DNA from: Candidatus Staskawiczbacteria bacterium
GTDB lineage: Bacteria > Patescibacteriota > Minisyncoccia > Minisyncoccales > Staskawiczbacteraceae
DNA length: 32,552 nucleotides
Direction of reading: 5' to 3'
NCBI GenBank assembly: GCA_016866675.1
Contig: VGLO01000003.1
Span: 1 to 32,552 of the forward strand
Positions within the stretch are counted from its first letter, which is position 1, and every line of letters begins with the position of its first letter. The notes under the pieces were generated by a model that saw nothing but the letters and a program-made list of their open reading frames with translations, ran no database searches and had not been told where the DNA came from. The position numbers and the translations under genes were made by a program. This document shows positions 17,121 to 26,166 of the stretch, one piece after another.

Positions 17121-17149
17121 TTTCTAACAAATTTATATTATTTTGTCAA
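17121..17149 (-). promoter_or_regulatory. Candidate csrA promoter TTGACA-N17-TAGAAA with TGn extension
   Basis: -35 at 17149-17144 inside the metG 3' end; the -10 is imperfect. Confidence 0.55.
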
Positions 17150-18571
17150 CCTTAGAAACAAAATTATAGACTCTGTTTTTTCTAGAGATAATTTAATTTT
17201 TTCTGAAGTTTCTGGTAAAAATATTTTTAGTATTTCTGAAATTTCACCTAAAGAAAATAATACATCCGAAATAACCTGAGAAGAGTTGCCTTTTTCTTCC
17301 CATGGCTTTTCTTCGTTAATATATTTGTCACAATGAGAAATAAGCTCCCAAATAGATTTTAAGGCATCATTAAACTTAAACTCACCTAAAAAGTCATTAT
17401 ATTCTTTTTTATACTTTTCTGTCTCACTCTTTATCTTTTCAGTTGGTTTTAAGTTATTAAAAACAGGTTTTTTAGCTAAAGTGACCGTTCTTGCCAAAAG
17501 GTTTCCGATACCACCTGCCAAGTCAGAATTATATCTTTGCTCAAATTTTTCGTAGGTGAAATCTCCATCTTCTGTGGGAGTAATTTCTCTTAACAAGTAA
17601 TATCTAACAGCATCTGTGCCATATTTTTTAACCAACTCAACTGGATCAACAACGTTTCCCAGAGATTTTGACATTTTTTGATTTGCTACAGTTAAATAGC
17701 CGTGAATAAAAATTTCACTTGGCAAAGAAAGACCAGCAGACATTAGCATTCCTATCCAATAGACAGCATGGAAACGAGATATCCCTTTTCCAATTACATG
17801 TAGTTTGTTTTCGTTTTCCTGCCACCAAATTTTAAAATTATCTTCATCGTCAGCATATCCTAAGGCATTTATATAGTTTGATAAAGCATCAAACCAAACC
17901 CAGATTTTTTGACTACTATCATCTGGCACATCAATGCCCCATCCACGAGACCTTTCAGATGATCGTGATATACATATATCTTCAATTCCAGAATTAATAA
18001 AACTTAGTATTTCGTTTTTTCTTTTTTTTGGAATAATCTTTAATTTATCCCCTTCAATAAGCTCTTTTATTTTATTTTGATACTTTGAAAGTTTGAAAAA
18101 ATAGTTTTCTTCTTCAATTAATTCTGGCTTTGTCTTGTGTTCTACACAAAGTCCATTTTGTAATTCACTTTCTTTATAAAATTCTTCGCACCCTACACAA
18201 TAAAGACCTGTATATTTTTTCTTATATATATCATCCTTACAAGCTAACCATAACTTTTTTGAACCTTTAATATGTCTTTCTTCTGTGGTTCTAATAAATT
18301 CATCATAAGACAAGCTAAGTGATTTTTTAAGGTTTTTAAAAACATCTGCATTTTTTGCAACTAAATCCTCCGTTGATATGCCCTCTTTTTCTGCAGATTG
18401 AACATTTTTTAGTGAGTTTTCATCTGACCCAGTCAAGAAAAAAACATCTTCTTTTAGAGACCTGTGATATCTGGCAACAACATCTGCCTGAATTTTTTCT
18501 AGAGCGTGTCCCAAATGAGGAGAGGCATTAACATAGTCAATTGCTGTTGTAATGTATAATTTCTTTGTCAT
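17138..18571 (-). CDS. metG: Methionine--tRNA ligase (short form, no C-terminal tRNA-binding domain)
   Basis: YITTAIDYVNASPHLGH, YCVGCEEF, WVWFDALSNY, KMSKSLGN. Confidence 0.97.
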   Translation of the reverse strand: MTKKLYITTAIDYVNASPHLGHALEKIQADVVARYHRSLKEDVFFLTGSDENSLKNVQSAEKEGISTEDLVAKNADVFKNLKKSLSLSYDEFIRTTEERHIKGSKKLWLACKDDIYKKKYTGLYCVGCEEFYKESELQNGLCVEHKTKPELIEEENYFFKLSKYQNKIKELIEGDKLKIIPKKRKNEILSFINSGIEDICISRSSERSRGWGIDVPDDSSQKIWVWFDALSNYINALGYADDEDNFKIWWQENENKLHVIGKGISRFHAVYWIGMLMSAGLSLPSEIFIHGYLTVANQKMSKSLGNVVDPVELVKKYGTDAVRYYLLREITPTEDGDFTYEKFEQRYNSDLAGGIGNLLARTVTLAKKPVFNNLKPTEKIKSETEKYKKEYNDFLGEFKFNDALKSIWELISHCDKYINEEKPWEEKGNSSQVISDVLFSLGEISEILKIFLPETSEKIKLSLEKTESIILFLRLTK

Positions 18572-18626
18572 ATAATAAAAATATAGCTATTGTTATAAAT
18601 ACTAAATCATTATTAACAAATCTTCA

Positions 18627-19106
18627 ATGATATTATTAGTTCACATGCTCTTTGGGTCAGCAATTGGATATACAGTATATTCCCTCACAAACCAAATTTG
18701 GTTGTCATTTTTACTGGCTTTTTTAAGTCACTACTTTTTAGATTTATTTCCTCATATTGAGTATTTGGCATCCACTGAAGATTCTGTTAAAAAATTAAAA
18801 AGCAAATCCCCAAAAGAATACCTACCAGACCTTTTTAAAGTAATTGTCGACTTTTTATCTGGCATACTTTTAATATATTTTGTTTCAATTGACCAGCCGT
18901 ATATTTATTTTTGCGCCATTATAGCAATATTGCCAGACGGACTCACTGTCATAAACTCTCTGTTTGAAATTAACATTCTTAAAAAACATCACTATTTTCA
19001 CGGAAAAATTATTCACTTTTTAAAGTATAAAAAAATCTCCAAGTTTTGGAGAATCTCAACTCAAGCGACTGCATTTATAATTAGTATTTACCTTTTACTT
19101 CTCTAG
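18627..19106 (+). CDS. Membrane protein, possible metal-dependent hydrolase (YdjM-like His motifs)
   Basis: HMLFG, SHYFLDLFPH and LPD motifs in hydrophobic helices. Confidence 0.6.
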   Translation: MILLVHMLFGSAIGYTVYSLTNQIWLSFLLAFLSHYFLDLFPHIEYLASTEDSVKKLKSKSPKEYLPDLFKVIVDFLSGILLIYFVSIDQPYIYFCAIIAILPDGLTVINSLFEINILKKHHYFHGKIIHFLKYKKISKFWRISTQATAFIISIYLLLL

Positions 19107-19108
19107 GG

Positions 19109-20134
19109 CTAATCTACTAAAACAGCTTTTCTCTTTTCTAAAAACTCTTTTGTGAACTCGTAAATTATTCCAAAAACGGGCACAACAAAAATTACTCCCA
19201 AAATACCAAATATCTTACCTCCAATAAGTATCGCAATTAAAACTAAAACAGGTGGCAAATCCAAAAACTTTTTCATAAGTATTGGTGTCACAAAGTTGTT
19301 TTCAATACTTTGTATTATGGTAAGAGCAATTACAATATATACTGCAACAAACCAAGAGCCTGAAACTCCAACAAACAAAAGAACTAAAATTGCAGTTACC
19401 AGTGGCCCTATAAAAGGAATGAATGTTAGTGCTCCTGAAATTAAAGCAAGAATAAAGCTGTACTTTACTCCAAACAAAATGAAAACTATAAATGACATTA
19501 TTCCAACAAACAAACATGCCAAAACTCTGGCTCCAAACCACCCTGCAACCTTAATTTGAGATCTCTCAAATATGTTTAATATTGTTTGTTCGTATTTTTT
19601 AGGAGACAAAAGAGTTAAAAACCTTTCTGTAGATTTATTTGCCAAAGAGATATAAAAAGCAAAAACAAATATTATTGAGGTTGAAACAACGCCTCCAAAA
19701 AAAACTGTGATGGCCCTTATAATACTTCCAGAGCTTTCCTCTAGTTGAGTAATTAGATTTTTTGTAAACTCCTCAAAATTTCTTGTGACTTCAAGGCCCA
19801 AGCTATTAAGTACTGGATTTGCCTTTTGAAAATAAGTTGGTATATTATTGCTAAATTGCTTTAATTCAAACACAAAAACTGGAGCTGTAATGTAAACCAT
19901 AAGCCCAACTGCACCAAAAATTGCAGAATAAACAGCAATTACTGCAATAACTTTTGGCACTTTCAACCTTACTAGAAAGGCCACCGCAGGCTCCAATAAA
20001 ATTGATATTATTAAAGCAAAGAAAAACCATACTAAAATATCTCTTGCCAAAAACAAAAGATACAAAACAAAACCAGTCATAAAAACCTTTAGTATAGTCT
20101 GCCAAGAAATATCCAGTGTTTGCCTATTTTCCAT
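19109..20134 (-). CDS. AI-2E family transporter
   Basis: Multi-TM protein with FIPFIGP, QSIENNFVTPILM, LPPVLVLIAILIGG...GILGVIFVVP. Confidence 0.92.
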   Translation of the reverse strand: MENRQTLDISWQTILKVFMTGFVLYLLFLARDILVWFFFALIISILLEPAVAFLVRLKVPKVIAVIAVYSAIFGAVGLMVYITAPVFVFELKQFSNNIPTYFQKANPVLNSLGLEVTRNFEEFTKNLITQLEESSGSIIRAITVFFGGVVSTSIIFVFAFYISLANKSTERFLTLLSPKKYEQTILNIFERSQIKVAGWFGARVLACLFVGIMSFIVFILFGVKYSFILALISGALTFIPFIGPLVTAILVLLFVGVSGSWFVAVYIVIALTIIQSIENNFVTPILMKKFLDLPPVLVLIAILIGGKIFGILGVIFVVPVFGIIYEFTKEFLEKRKAVLVD

Positions 20135-20150
20135 AGTATAATAGTAAAAA

Positions 20151-21428
20151 CTATATCTTTAATATTTTTTCTAGGCTTTCTTTATCTTTTTCATCAAAGG
20201 GTCCAATTACAGATAGATTCAATTTTTCGTTTTTGAAAATATCTTCTGCTACATTCTTTATATCACTTAAAGAAACTTTATCAATCATCTCAATCTTTTC
20301 CTCTGGAGTTAAAACTTTTTCACCCATTACTTCCTGCATTGCATAAAATGAAGCCTTGCTATCTGTTGAGTCTAAAGATAGTGAAGTGGCTCCCCTTAAA
20401 TAGTCTTTGGCCTTTTGAAGCTCTTTCTCAGTAATTCCATTTTCGCTTAAGTCTTTGTATTCTTTTAAAACCAAACTCACTGCTTTTTCTAAGCTATCGT
20501 TTTTAATTCCAGCTTGTGTAACCAAATAACCAGCATCCGTTGTACCATCGTAAGATGTGTTTACATAATAGGCCAACCCATTCCTCTCTCTTACAGAAAT
20601 AAAAAGCCTAGAGCTCATATTACCCCCAAGTACCACTGAAATTATCTTTAAAGCATATCTTCTTGGGTCATACATATCATATGCCCTTACACCCAAGCAA
20701 AAATGAGTTTGGTCTGTTTTTTTATAGTGAAGCAAAATGCCCGGACTTTTTTGACTCTCCAATGTTTTTAGTTTTTCTGGACTCTCTCTTATTTCTATTT
20801 TTGAAAAATAATTTCTTACTTTTTCTTCAATTTCTTTTGAATTAACATCTCCTGCAACACAAACAACCGTATTTTCATTGGAGTAATGACTATGATAATA
20901 ATTCAAAAGCTTCTCTCTTGTATAATCAAGTATAGTTTGCTTTTCGCCTACAATTCTCCAGCCAGCTGGTTGGTCACCATAAAGTAAATCCTCAAAAAGC
21001 TCTGAAACATGTGAAGTTGGGGTATCTAAATACATATTCAATTCCTCAATAACAACTCCCTTTTCTCTTTCTAATTCGTCTTTATCAAACTTTGAGTTTA
21101 AAAACATATCTGAAATCCAGTCCAAAGCTACATCTGTGTGCTTCTTATCTACTTTTGCCCAAAACCCTGTCACCTCTTTTGAGGTAAAAGCATTGTATTG
21201 ACCACCAATTCTGTCTAAAGTTTCAGAGATAGTTAGAGTATCTGGCCTTTTCTCTGTCCCTTTAAAAAACATATGCTCTAAAAAGTGAGACATCCCATTA
21301 ATATCTTTCGTTTCGTACTTTGAACCAGTCCCCACCAATATTAAAACCGTCACGCTGTTTGCGTTTTCAACTGGAATAGTAATCAATCTTAACCCGCTAT
21401 CTAATTTTGTTTTTTTATAACTTTCCAT
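20151..21428 (-). CDS. M16 family zinc peptidase
   Basis: Inverted zincin motif HFLEHMFFKGT, NAFTSKE, LGGNMSSRLF..VRERNGLAY. Confidence 0.95.
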   Translation of the reverse strand: MESYKKTKLDSGLRLITIPVENANSVTVLILVGTGSKYETKDINGMSHFLEHMFFKGTEKRPDTLTISETLDRIGGQYNAFTSKEVTGFWAKVDKKHTDVALDWISDMFLNSKFDKDELEREKGVVIEELNMYLDTPTSHVSELFEDLLYGDQPAGWRIVGEKQTILDYTREKLLNYYHSHYSNENTVVCVAGDVNSKEIEEKVRNYFSKIEIRESPEKLKTLESQKSPGILLHYKKTDQTHFCLGVRAYDMYDPRRYALKIISVVLGGNMSSRLFISVRERNGLAYYVNTSYDGTTDAGYLVTQAGIKNDSLEKAVSLVLKEYKDLSENGITEKELQKAKDYLRGATSLSLDSTDSKASFYAMQEVMGEKVLTPEEKIEMIDKVSLSDIKNVAEDIFKNEKLNLSVIGPFDEKDKESLEKILKI

Positions 21429-22701
21429 TTATATACTTTTTTAATTCGCTAATTTTAATGCGCTCTTGTTTCATTGAGTCTCTATCACGAATAGTCACAT
21501 CATCGTTTTCTAAACTCTCAAAGTCAACTGTTACGCAATAAGGAGTACCAATCTCATCTTGACTGTAGTATCTTTTACCAATATTTCCTCTATCATCAAA
21601 AGCAACCATAAAATCTTTTTGCAGTTCCTTATAAATTTCCCGTGCCTTAGCAACTAATTCGGGCTTATTTTTAAGAAGAGGGAAAACCGCTACTTTATAT
21701 GGAGCAAGACTAGGCTTTAATTTCAAAACAATCCTATCTTCTTCTTCAACATATGCATCACACAAAACAGCTAAGACCGACCTATCTACACCAAATGTTG
21801 GTTCTACAACATGGGGATAAAAACCTTCATTATTTTCTTCGTCTCTATAGGGAGGTTCTTGGTAGTGATTTTTTAAATCAAAATCTGTCCTGTAGGCCAA
21901 GCCATAAAGCTCTTTTCTGCCAAATGGAAAGTCATACTCAAAATCTATTGTTCTTTTTGAGTAATGGGCTAACTCCCCTTTTGCTACTTCTAATTCGTGG
22001 ATCTTGGATTTTTCCACTCCCAAGGTTTCAGTCATCCAACTCCACATTTCTTTGCGCCACAACTCAAACTTCTCCTTCCAATCTTTTTCTTCAATAAAAT
22101 ATTCTATTTCCATTTGTTCAAATTCTCTAGTGCGGAATATAAAGTTTCCCGGCGTCACTTCATTTCTAAATGCTTTTCCTGTTTGAGCGATTCCAAATGG
22201 AAGTTTTTTTCTTGAGCTTTCCAAAACATTTTTAAAATCAACAAACATCGCTTGAGCGGTTTCCGGCCTAAAGTACACTTCATTAACTCTTTCTTCTGCT
22301 GGCCCCAAAAAAGTCTTTAACATTAAATTAAATTGTCTTGGCTGACTTAACTCTCCTTTGCATTCTGGGCAATTATTTGAATTAATATGATCAGCCCTAA
22401 ATCTTTTTTTGCATTTTTTACATTCCACTAGGGGGTCTGAAAACTCTTTCAAATGTCCTGAAGATTCCCACACTTTTGGGTTCATAATTAATGAAGCATC
22501 AATGCCAACCATATCATCTCTTTCTTGAACAAACTTCTTCCACCAGAGGTTTTTTATGTTGTTTTTTAACTCAACACCCAATGGACCATAATCCCAGGAA
22601 TTGGCTAATCCTCCGTAAATTTCAGATCCAGGAAACACAAAACCCCTTCTCTTACAAAGAGAGATAATTTTTTCCATTAAACTATTGTCTTGTTTTTTCA
22701 T
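21415..22701 (-). CDS. glyQS: Glycine--tRNA ligase, alpha2 type
   Basis: EIYGG...DYGPLG, RPETAQ, FRNEVTPGNFIFRTREFEQMEIE, VVEPTFGVDR, GNIGKRY. Confidence 0.97.
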   Translation of the reverse strand: MKKQDNSLMEKIISLCKRRGFVFPGSEIYGGLANSWDYGPLGVELKNNIKNLWWKKFVQERDDMVGIDASLIMNPKVWESSGHLKEFSDPLVECKKCKKRFRADHINSNNCPECKGELSQPRQFNLMLKTFLGPAEERVNEVYFRPETAQAMFVDFKNVLESSRKKLPFGIAQTGKAFRNEVTPGNFIFRTREFEQMEIEYFIEEKDWKEKFELWRKEMWSWMTETLGVEKSKIHELEVAKGELAHYSKRTIDFEYDFPFGRKELYGLAYRTDFDLKNHYQEPPYRDEENNEGFYPHVVEPTFGVDRSVLAVLCDAYVEEEDRIVLKLKPSLAPYKVAVFPLLKNKPELVAKAREIYKELQKDFMVAFDDRGNIGKRYYSQDEIGTPYCVTVDFESLENDDVTIRDRDSMKQERIKISELKKYINGKL

Positions 22702-22707
22702 TAATTG

Positions 22708-22736
22708 ATTCTACTCCAAAAGACACTCAATTTCAA
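22708..22736 (-). promoter_or_regulatory. glyQS promoter TTGAAA-N17-TAGAAT, 6 nt from the ATG (leaderless)
   Basis: Direct read of spacing; no SD. Confidence 0.65.
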
Positions 22737-22737
22737 T

Positions 22738-22760
22738 AAAAAAACCGCCCCGCTGACGGT
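22738..22760 (-). terminator. Intrinsic terminator after the 550-aa surface protein
   Basis: Minus strand ACCGTC-agcgg-GGCGGT followed by a T run. Confidence 0.65.
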
Positions 22761-22773
22761 CACAAAACCAATT

Positions 22774-24426
22774 TCACTGAACTACTCCTCCGCCCGAGTT
22801 TGACTGGTCGTCCGGCAATGTTGTATTTATTGATGAAATAGTTTTTTGAATTGTGGCTCCCGTAAACTGGTCATCTGCAAACACAGTTGCTTGGCCAATA
22901 ATACTTGGTGCTGTTCCTATATGAAAAGTGACTGGCTGTAAAACAATTTGTAGCGTAAGGCTTTTAGATGAATTTTCAGACAAGTCGCCAGCCAACCAAA
23001 CCAATTGGCGACTAAGACTATCAAAAGAAAGATGTGATGCCTCTCTTTCAGGGTACAAATTATCAACCAAAGAAACATTTTGCGGCAAAACCGCCTTTAT
23101 TCTGACATTTTTTAAATTACTTGTTGCGTTTTGCACACTCCAAACAATATTATACGATGTACTTTCTCCAACTTTAGGTGGAATTGGACCAAAGTTATCA
23201 ATTCCATTTGTTGAAGACCTATAAGCTTTTTGCGAAAAATTTAGTTGAGAGCTAACTTTTGTCACAAATTCTTGGCTAATATCTAAAACATTTACAAAAC
23301 TTTTAATTGTCTGGCTTGATGAGTCAGGCAAAGATTCTTTTAATTGAATGCTAAAGCTAACACTTACTTTTTGTTGCGGATAAAGATTTTTTAGTTGAGA
23401 AACTTGAGATGGACTAAAAACTACAGCCCTGCCATTCTGGTCAACCTGTCCAATTGACGACTGCAATGTTGAAAAATCATAAGCTTTTCCTTCAAGATTA
23501 ACTGTAGCAAATAAATTACTAAAAGATGTAGATCCCACATTTTGAAAAGAAATTTGGTAGCTAAGAGTTTCTCCGGGAGACGAAGAGTAGTCTGGAGACC
23601 CATTTATTGATTGTGAAATTAAAAGCCGGGGTTGGGTAATACTCATCTCTTGATTTGTTTCTTTTAGCACGATAAATGATCCATCCTGCCAAATACCAAT
23701 CTTTGCAGAAAAATTAAGATGTCCGCCAGTTTCACTGTTAATTAAACCGCTGATTGTTATTCTGCCACCCTGACCCTTATTTAAAGTATTAAGCTTCCAT
23801 TCTGTATTATCTAATGAAGATGGATTAGCTGATTTGAAGTTAAAACCTTCAACTGGATCAATTTTTATGCTTAAGTTTTCCAAGGGGTATTCAATGTTAG
23901 AAAAATAATTTATTGAGTAGCTTATTTCTTTCCCTTTCTCAACATTGGTTGGCATATCATAGGTTAGAGTGAGAGGTACGGATTCAATTTTTGTGGCAAG
24001 AATTGTATCAGACTCGTATCTTGCAGACAAATTTTTGGGAATATACGTAAGAGTAGCTTTTGCCTTTTTTACATCGCCCTCTTTGCCAAAAATTCTTCCC
24101 TTAAATTCTTTTGTATTTTCTTCTCCTGGATAAATATCTTCTAAATCTTCTGTAAATCTTGTCTTTGAGTCTTCATTTAAAGAATTTTCTGGCAATTCAA
24201 AAATCAGTCTTGGTTTTTCTAAAACAAAATTTCCATTGTTTTTGTACTTTATAGTGTATATAATTTCGTCACCGGCTTTTGCTGAATCAGGCCCTAAAAT
24301 TTCTAATTTTAAGATTTGCTTTGAAAAAACAGCTTCTCGCCAAAACCAAAAACCAACAACACCTAAAATAATCAATAAAATTATTGCCCCAAAAACAAAT
24401 CTTTTATCTTTTATTATTTTATACAT
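22774..24426 (-). CDS. Membrane-anchored extracellular protein with repeated Ig-like (DUF11-like) domains
   Basis: Single N-terminal TM; repeats of G[DE]xIxYxIxYxN (AGDEIIYTIKYKN, KGKEISYSINYFS, PGETLSYQISFQN, VGESTSYNIVWSV). Confidence 0.7.
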   Translation of the reverse strand: MYKIIKDKRFVFGAIILLIILGVVGFWFWREAVFSKQILKLEILGPDSAKAGDEIIYTIKYKNNGNFVLEKPRLIFELPENSLNEDSKTRFTEDLEDIYPGEENTKEFKGRIFGKEGDVKKAKATLTYIPKNLSARYESDTILATKIESVPLTLTYDMPTNVEKGKEISYSINYFSNIEYPLENLSIKIDPVEGFNFKSANPSSLDNTEWKLNTLNKGQGGRITISGLINSETGGHLNFSAKIGIWQDGSFIVLKETNQEMSITQPRLLISQSINGSPDYSSSPGETLSYQISFQNVGSTSFSNLFATVNLEGKAYDFSTLQSSIGQVDQNGRAVVFSPSQVSQLKNLYPQQKVSVSFSIQLKESLPDSSSQTIKSFVNVLDISQEFVTKVSSQLNFSQKAYRSSTNGIDNFGPIPPKVGESTSYNIVWSVQNATSNLKNVRIKAVLPQNVSLVDNLYPEREASHLSFDSLSRQLVWLAGDLSENSSKSLTLQIVLQPVTFHIGTAPSIIGQATVFADDQFTGATIQKTISSINTTLPDDQSNSGGGVVQ

Positions 24427-25156
24427 TTTTAAAATTACTCTTTAAAACAGAACATAAATACAGGTAATAGTTTTCCGTTAAATTTACAAGAGAGTTTTTT
24501 AATGTTTCTGATATTTTTATCTTAGACAATATATCCCAATCTCTCCTTAAAATTAACCTTAAAACTTTTAAAGAATCTGATTTTATTTTAATACCCTCCC
24601 TTTTTAAAGCATAGCAGTTTTTACAAATAACTCCACCCTCACTGCTTGAGAAATAAAGTTCGTATGGATTTAGTTTTTTTTGGCAGTTTATGCAATTTAT
24701 AAGCTCTGGGTTATATCCTAATATAGAAACAAAATTCCAAAAAAAATATTGATAAATTAAATTACTCTTTGACTCCTCGAAGCTTTTGTCTAATTTTAAA
24801 AAAACATCTAACAACAAATCTAATATTTTTTCATCTTGCTCTTGACCTTTGATAAAACTATCTGCAACTTCTGAAATTTTGCAAGCTACAATAGAGGAAT
24901 GACTTCTTCTTGATATGTTTTTGAAATTCTCTAAAAAAACCGCGTCGGTCAAAGTTTTTTTTAACCTGCCCTGAATAAACTCAATATCTGATAAAGAAAA
25001 TAGCCCTATACCTCCCCTTAGCTTTGAATTAATTTTTCGTATTGCTCTCCCTAATAAATCTACTTTTCCAAAGTCTTTTGTAAAAACAGAAAAAATCCTG
25101 CTATCATCCAAATAATCCTCTTTTTTCAAAACAAATCCTTTTGTTTTATACCGCAT
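24419..25156 (-). CDS. recO: DNA repair protein RecO
   Basis: N-terminal OB fold (GFVLK...FTKDFGKV...RKINSKL), LGYNPEL, CxxC...GGVICKNC zinc finger. Confidence 0.93.
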   Translation of the reverse strand: MRYKTKGFVLKKEDYLDDSRIFSVFTKDFGKVDLLGRAIRKINSKLRGGIGLFSLSDIEFIQGRLKKTLTDAVFLENFKNISRRSHSSIVACKISEVADSFIKGQEQDEKILDLLLDVFLKLDKSFEESKSNLIYQYFFWNFVSILGYNPELINCINCQKKLNPYELYFSSSEGGVICKNCYALKREGIKIKSDSLKVLRLILRRDWDILSKIKISETLKNSLVNLTENYYLYLCSVLKSNFKNV

Positions 25157-25170
25157 GATCATAGCCGATT

Positions 25171-26139
25171 TTAAATAACCTTAACCTCCACAAACACAAT
25201 CCATACTATGTAAATAATATACAATAGTATAAATACAAACCCCTGCCAACGCTCAAGCATATGCTTTTTCCCCACAAACATAAAAGCAAAAAGAAGAAGG
25301 GTTGCTAAAACCGTCATTAAAACATCTCTTGTAAGCGATAAGGAAAAGGGCAGCGAACTAATAATTGACGAAACACCTAAAATCCAGAATATATTAAAAA
25401 TATTAGATCCCACAATATTTCCTACGGCAATATCTGGATTTTTCTTAAAAGCTGCCACAGCAGAAGTAGCAAGTTCTGGTAAAGACGTTCCAATTGCCAC
25501 GACAGTAAGGCCAATTAATGCTTGACTAACTCCCAATGAAGAAGCAATAAATACAGCTGCGTCAACAATCCATTTACCACCAATAGTTAAACCAACCAAT
25601 CCCAGAATTATCCATACAATTGACTTTACTTTTGACATTGCTTTGACTTGCACATCTCCTGAAGCACCCTCAACTTTGCTTATTCCATAGGTATAATAAA
25701 GAAAAATTGCAAAAAACGATACTAAAACCAAGCCATCGCTGCGAGTCAAACTGGAAAATGGCAAACCATCAAAAAAAGCATCATTTGCCATAAAAGCAAC
25801 TACTGCAATGGCTAACAAGCTAAAAGGAACTTCTTTCCAGACAGTGCCCCTTGTTACAGTTAAGGGATAAATAATTGCCGAAATTCCCAAAATCAGCAGG
25901 ATATTGGCAATATTGCTTCCCAAAATATTGCCTATGGCAATATCAGTATTGCCATTTATGCTGGCAAAAATATTAACAATAAGCTCAGGAGCCGATGTTC
26001 CAAAAGCAACAATTGTAAGCCCAATCACCAACGCCGAAATCCCCATTCTCTTTGCAATGGATGAAGCTCCCTCAACTAAAAAATCTGCTCCTTTGATAAG
26101 CAGCACAAATCCTATAATTAAAAAAATATATTCTATCAT
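25171..26139 (-). CDS. Calcium/sodium antiporter (YrbG family)
   Basis: Two alpha repeats: GLTIVAFGTSAPE...GNILGSNIAN and GLTVVAIGTSLPE...GNIVGSNIFN. Confidence 0.95.
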   Translation of the reverse strand: MIEYIFLIIGFVLLIKGADFLVEGASSIAKRMGISALVIGLTIVAFGTSAPELIVNIFASINGNTDIAIGNILGSNIANILLILGISAIIYPLTVTRGTVWKEVPFSLLAIAVVAFMANDAFFDGLPFSSLTRSDGLVLVSFFAIFLYYTYGISKVEGASGDVQVKAMSKVKSIVWIILGLVGLTIGGKWIVDAAVFIASSLGVSQALIGLTVVAIGTSLPELATSAVAAFKKNPDIAVGNIVGSNIFNIFWILGVSSIISSLPFSLSLTRDVLMTVLATLLLFAFMFVGKKHMLERWQGFVFILLYIIYIVWIVFVEVKVI

Positions 26140-26166
26140 TTTCTTAGGGTAATGAAATTCAACTGA

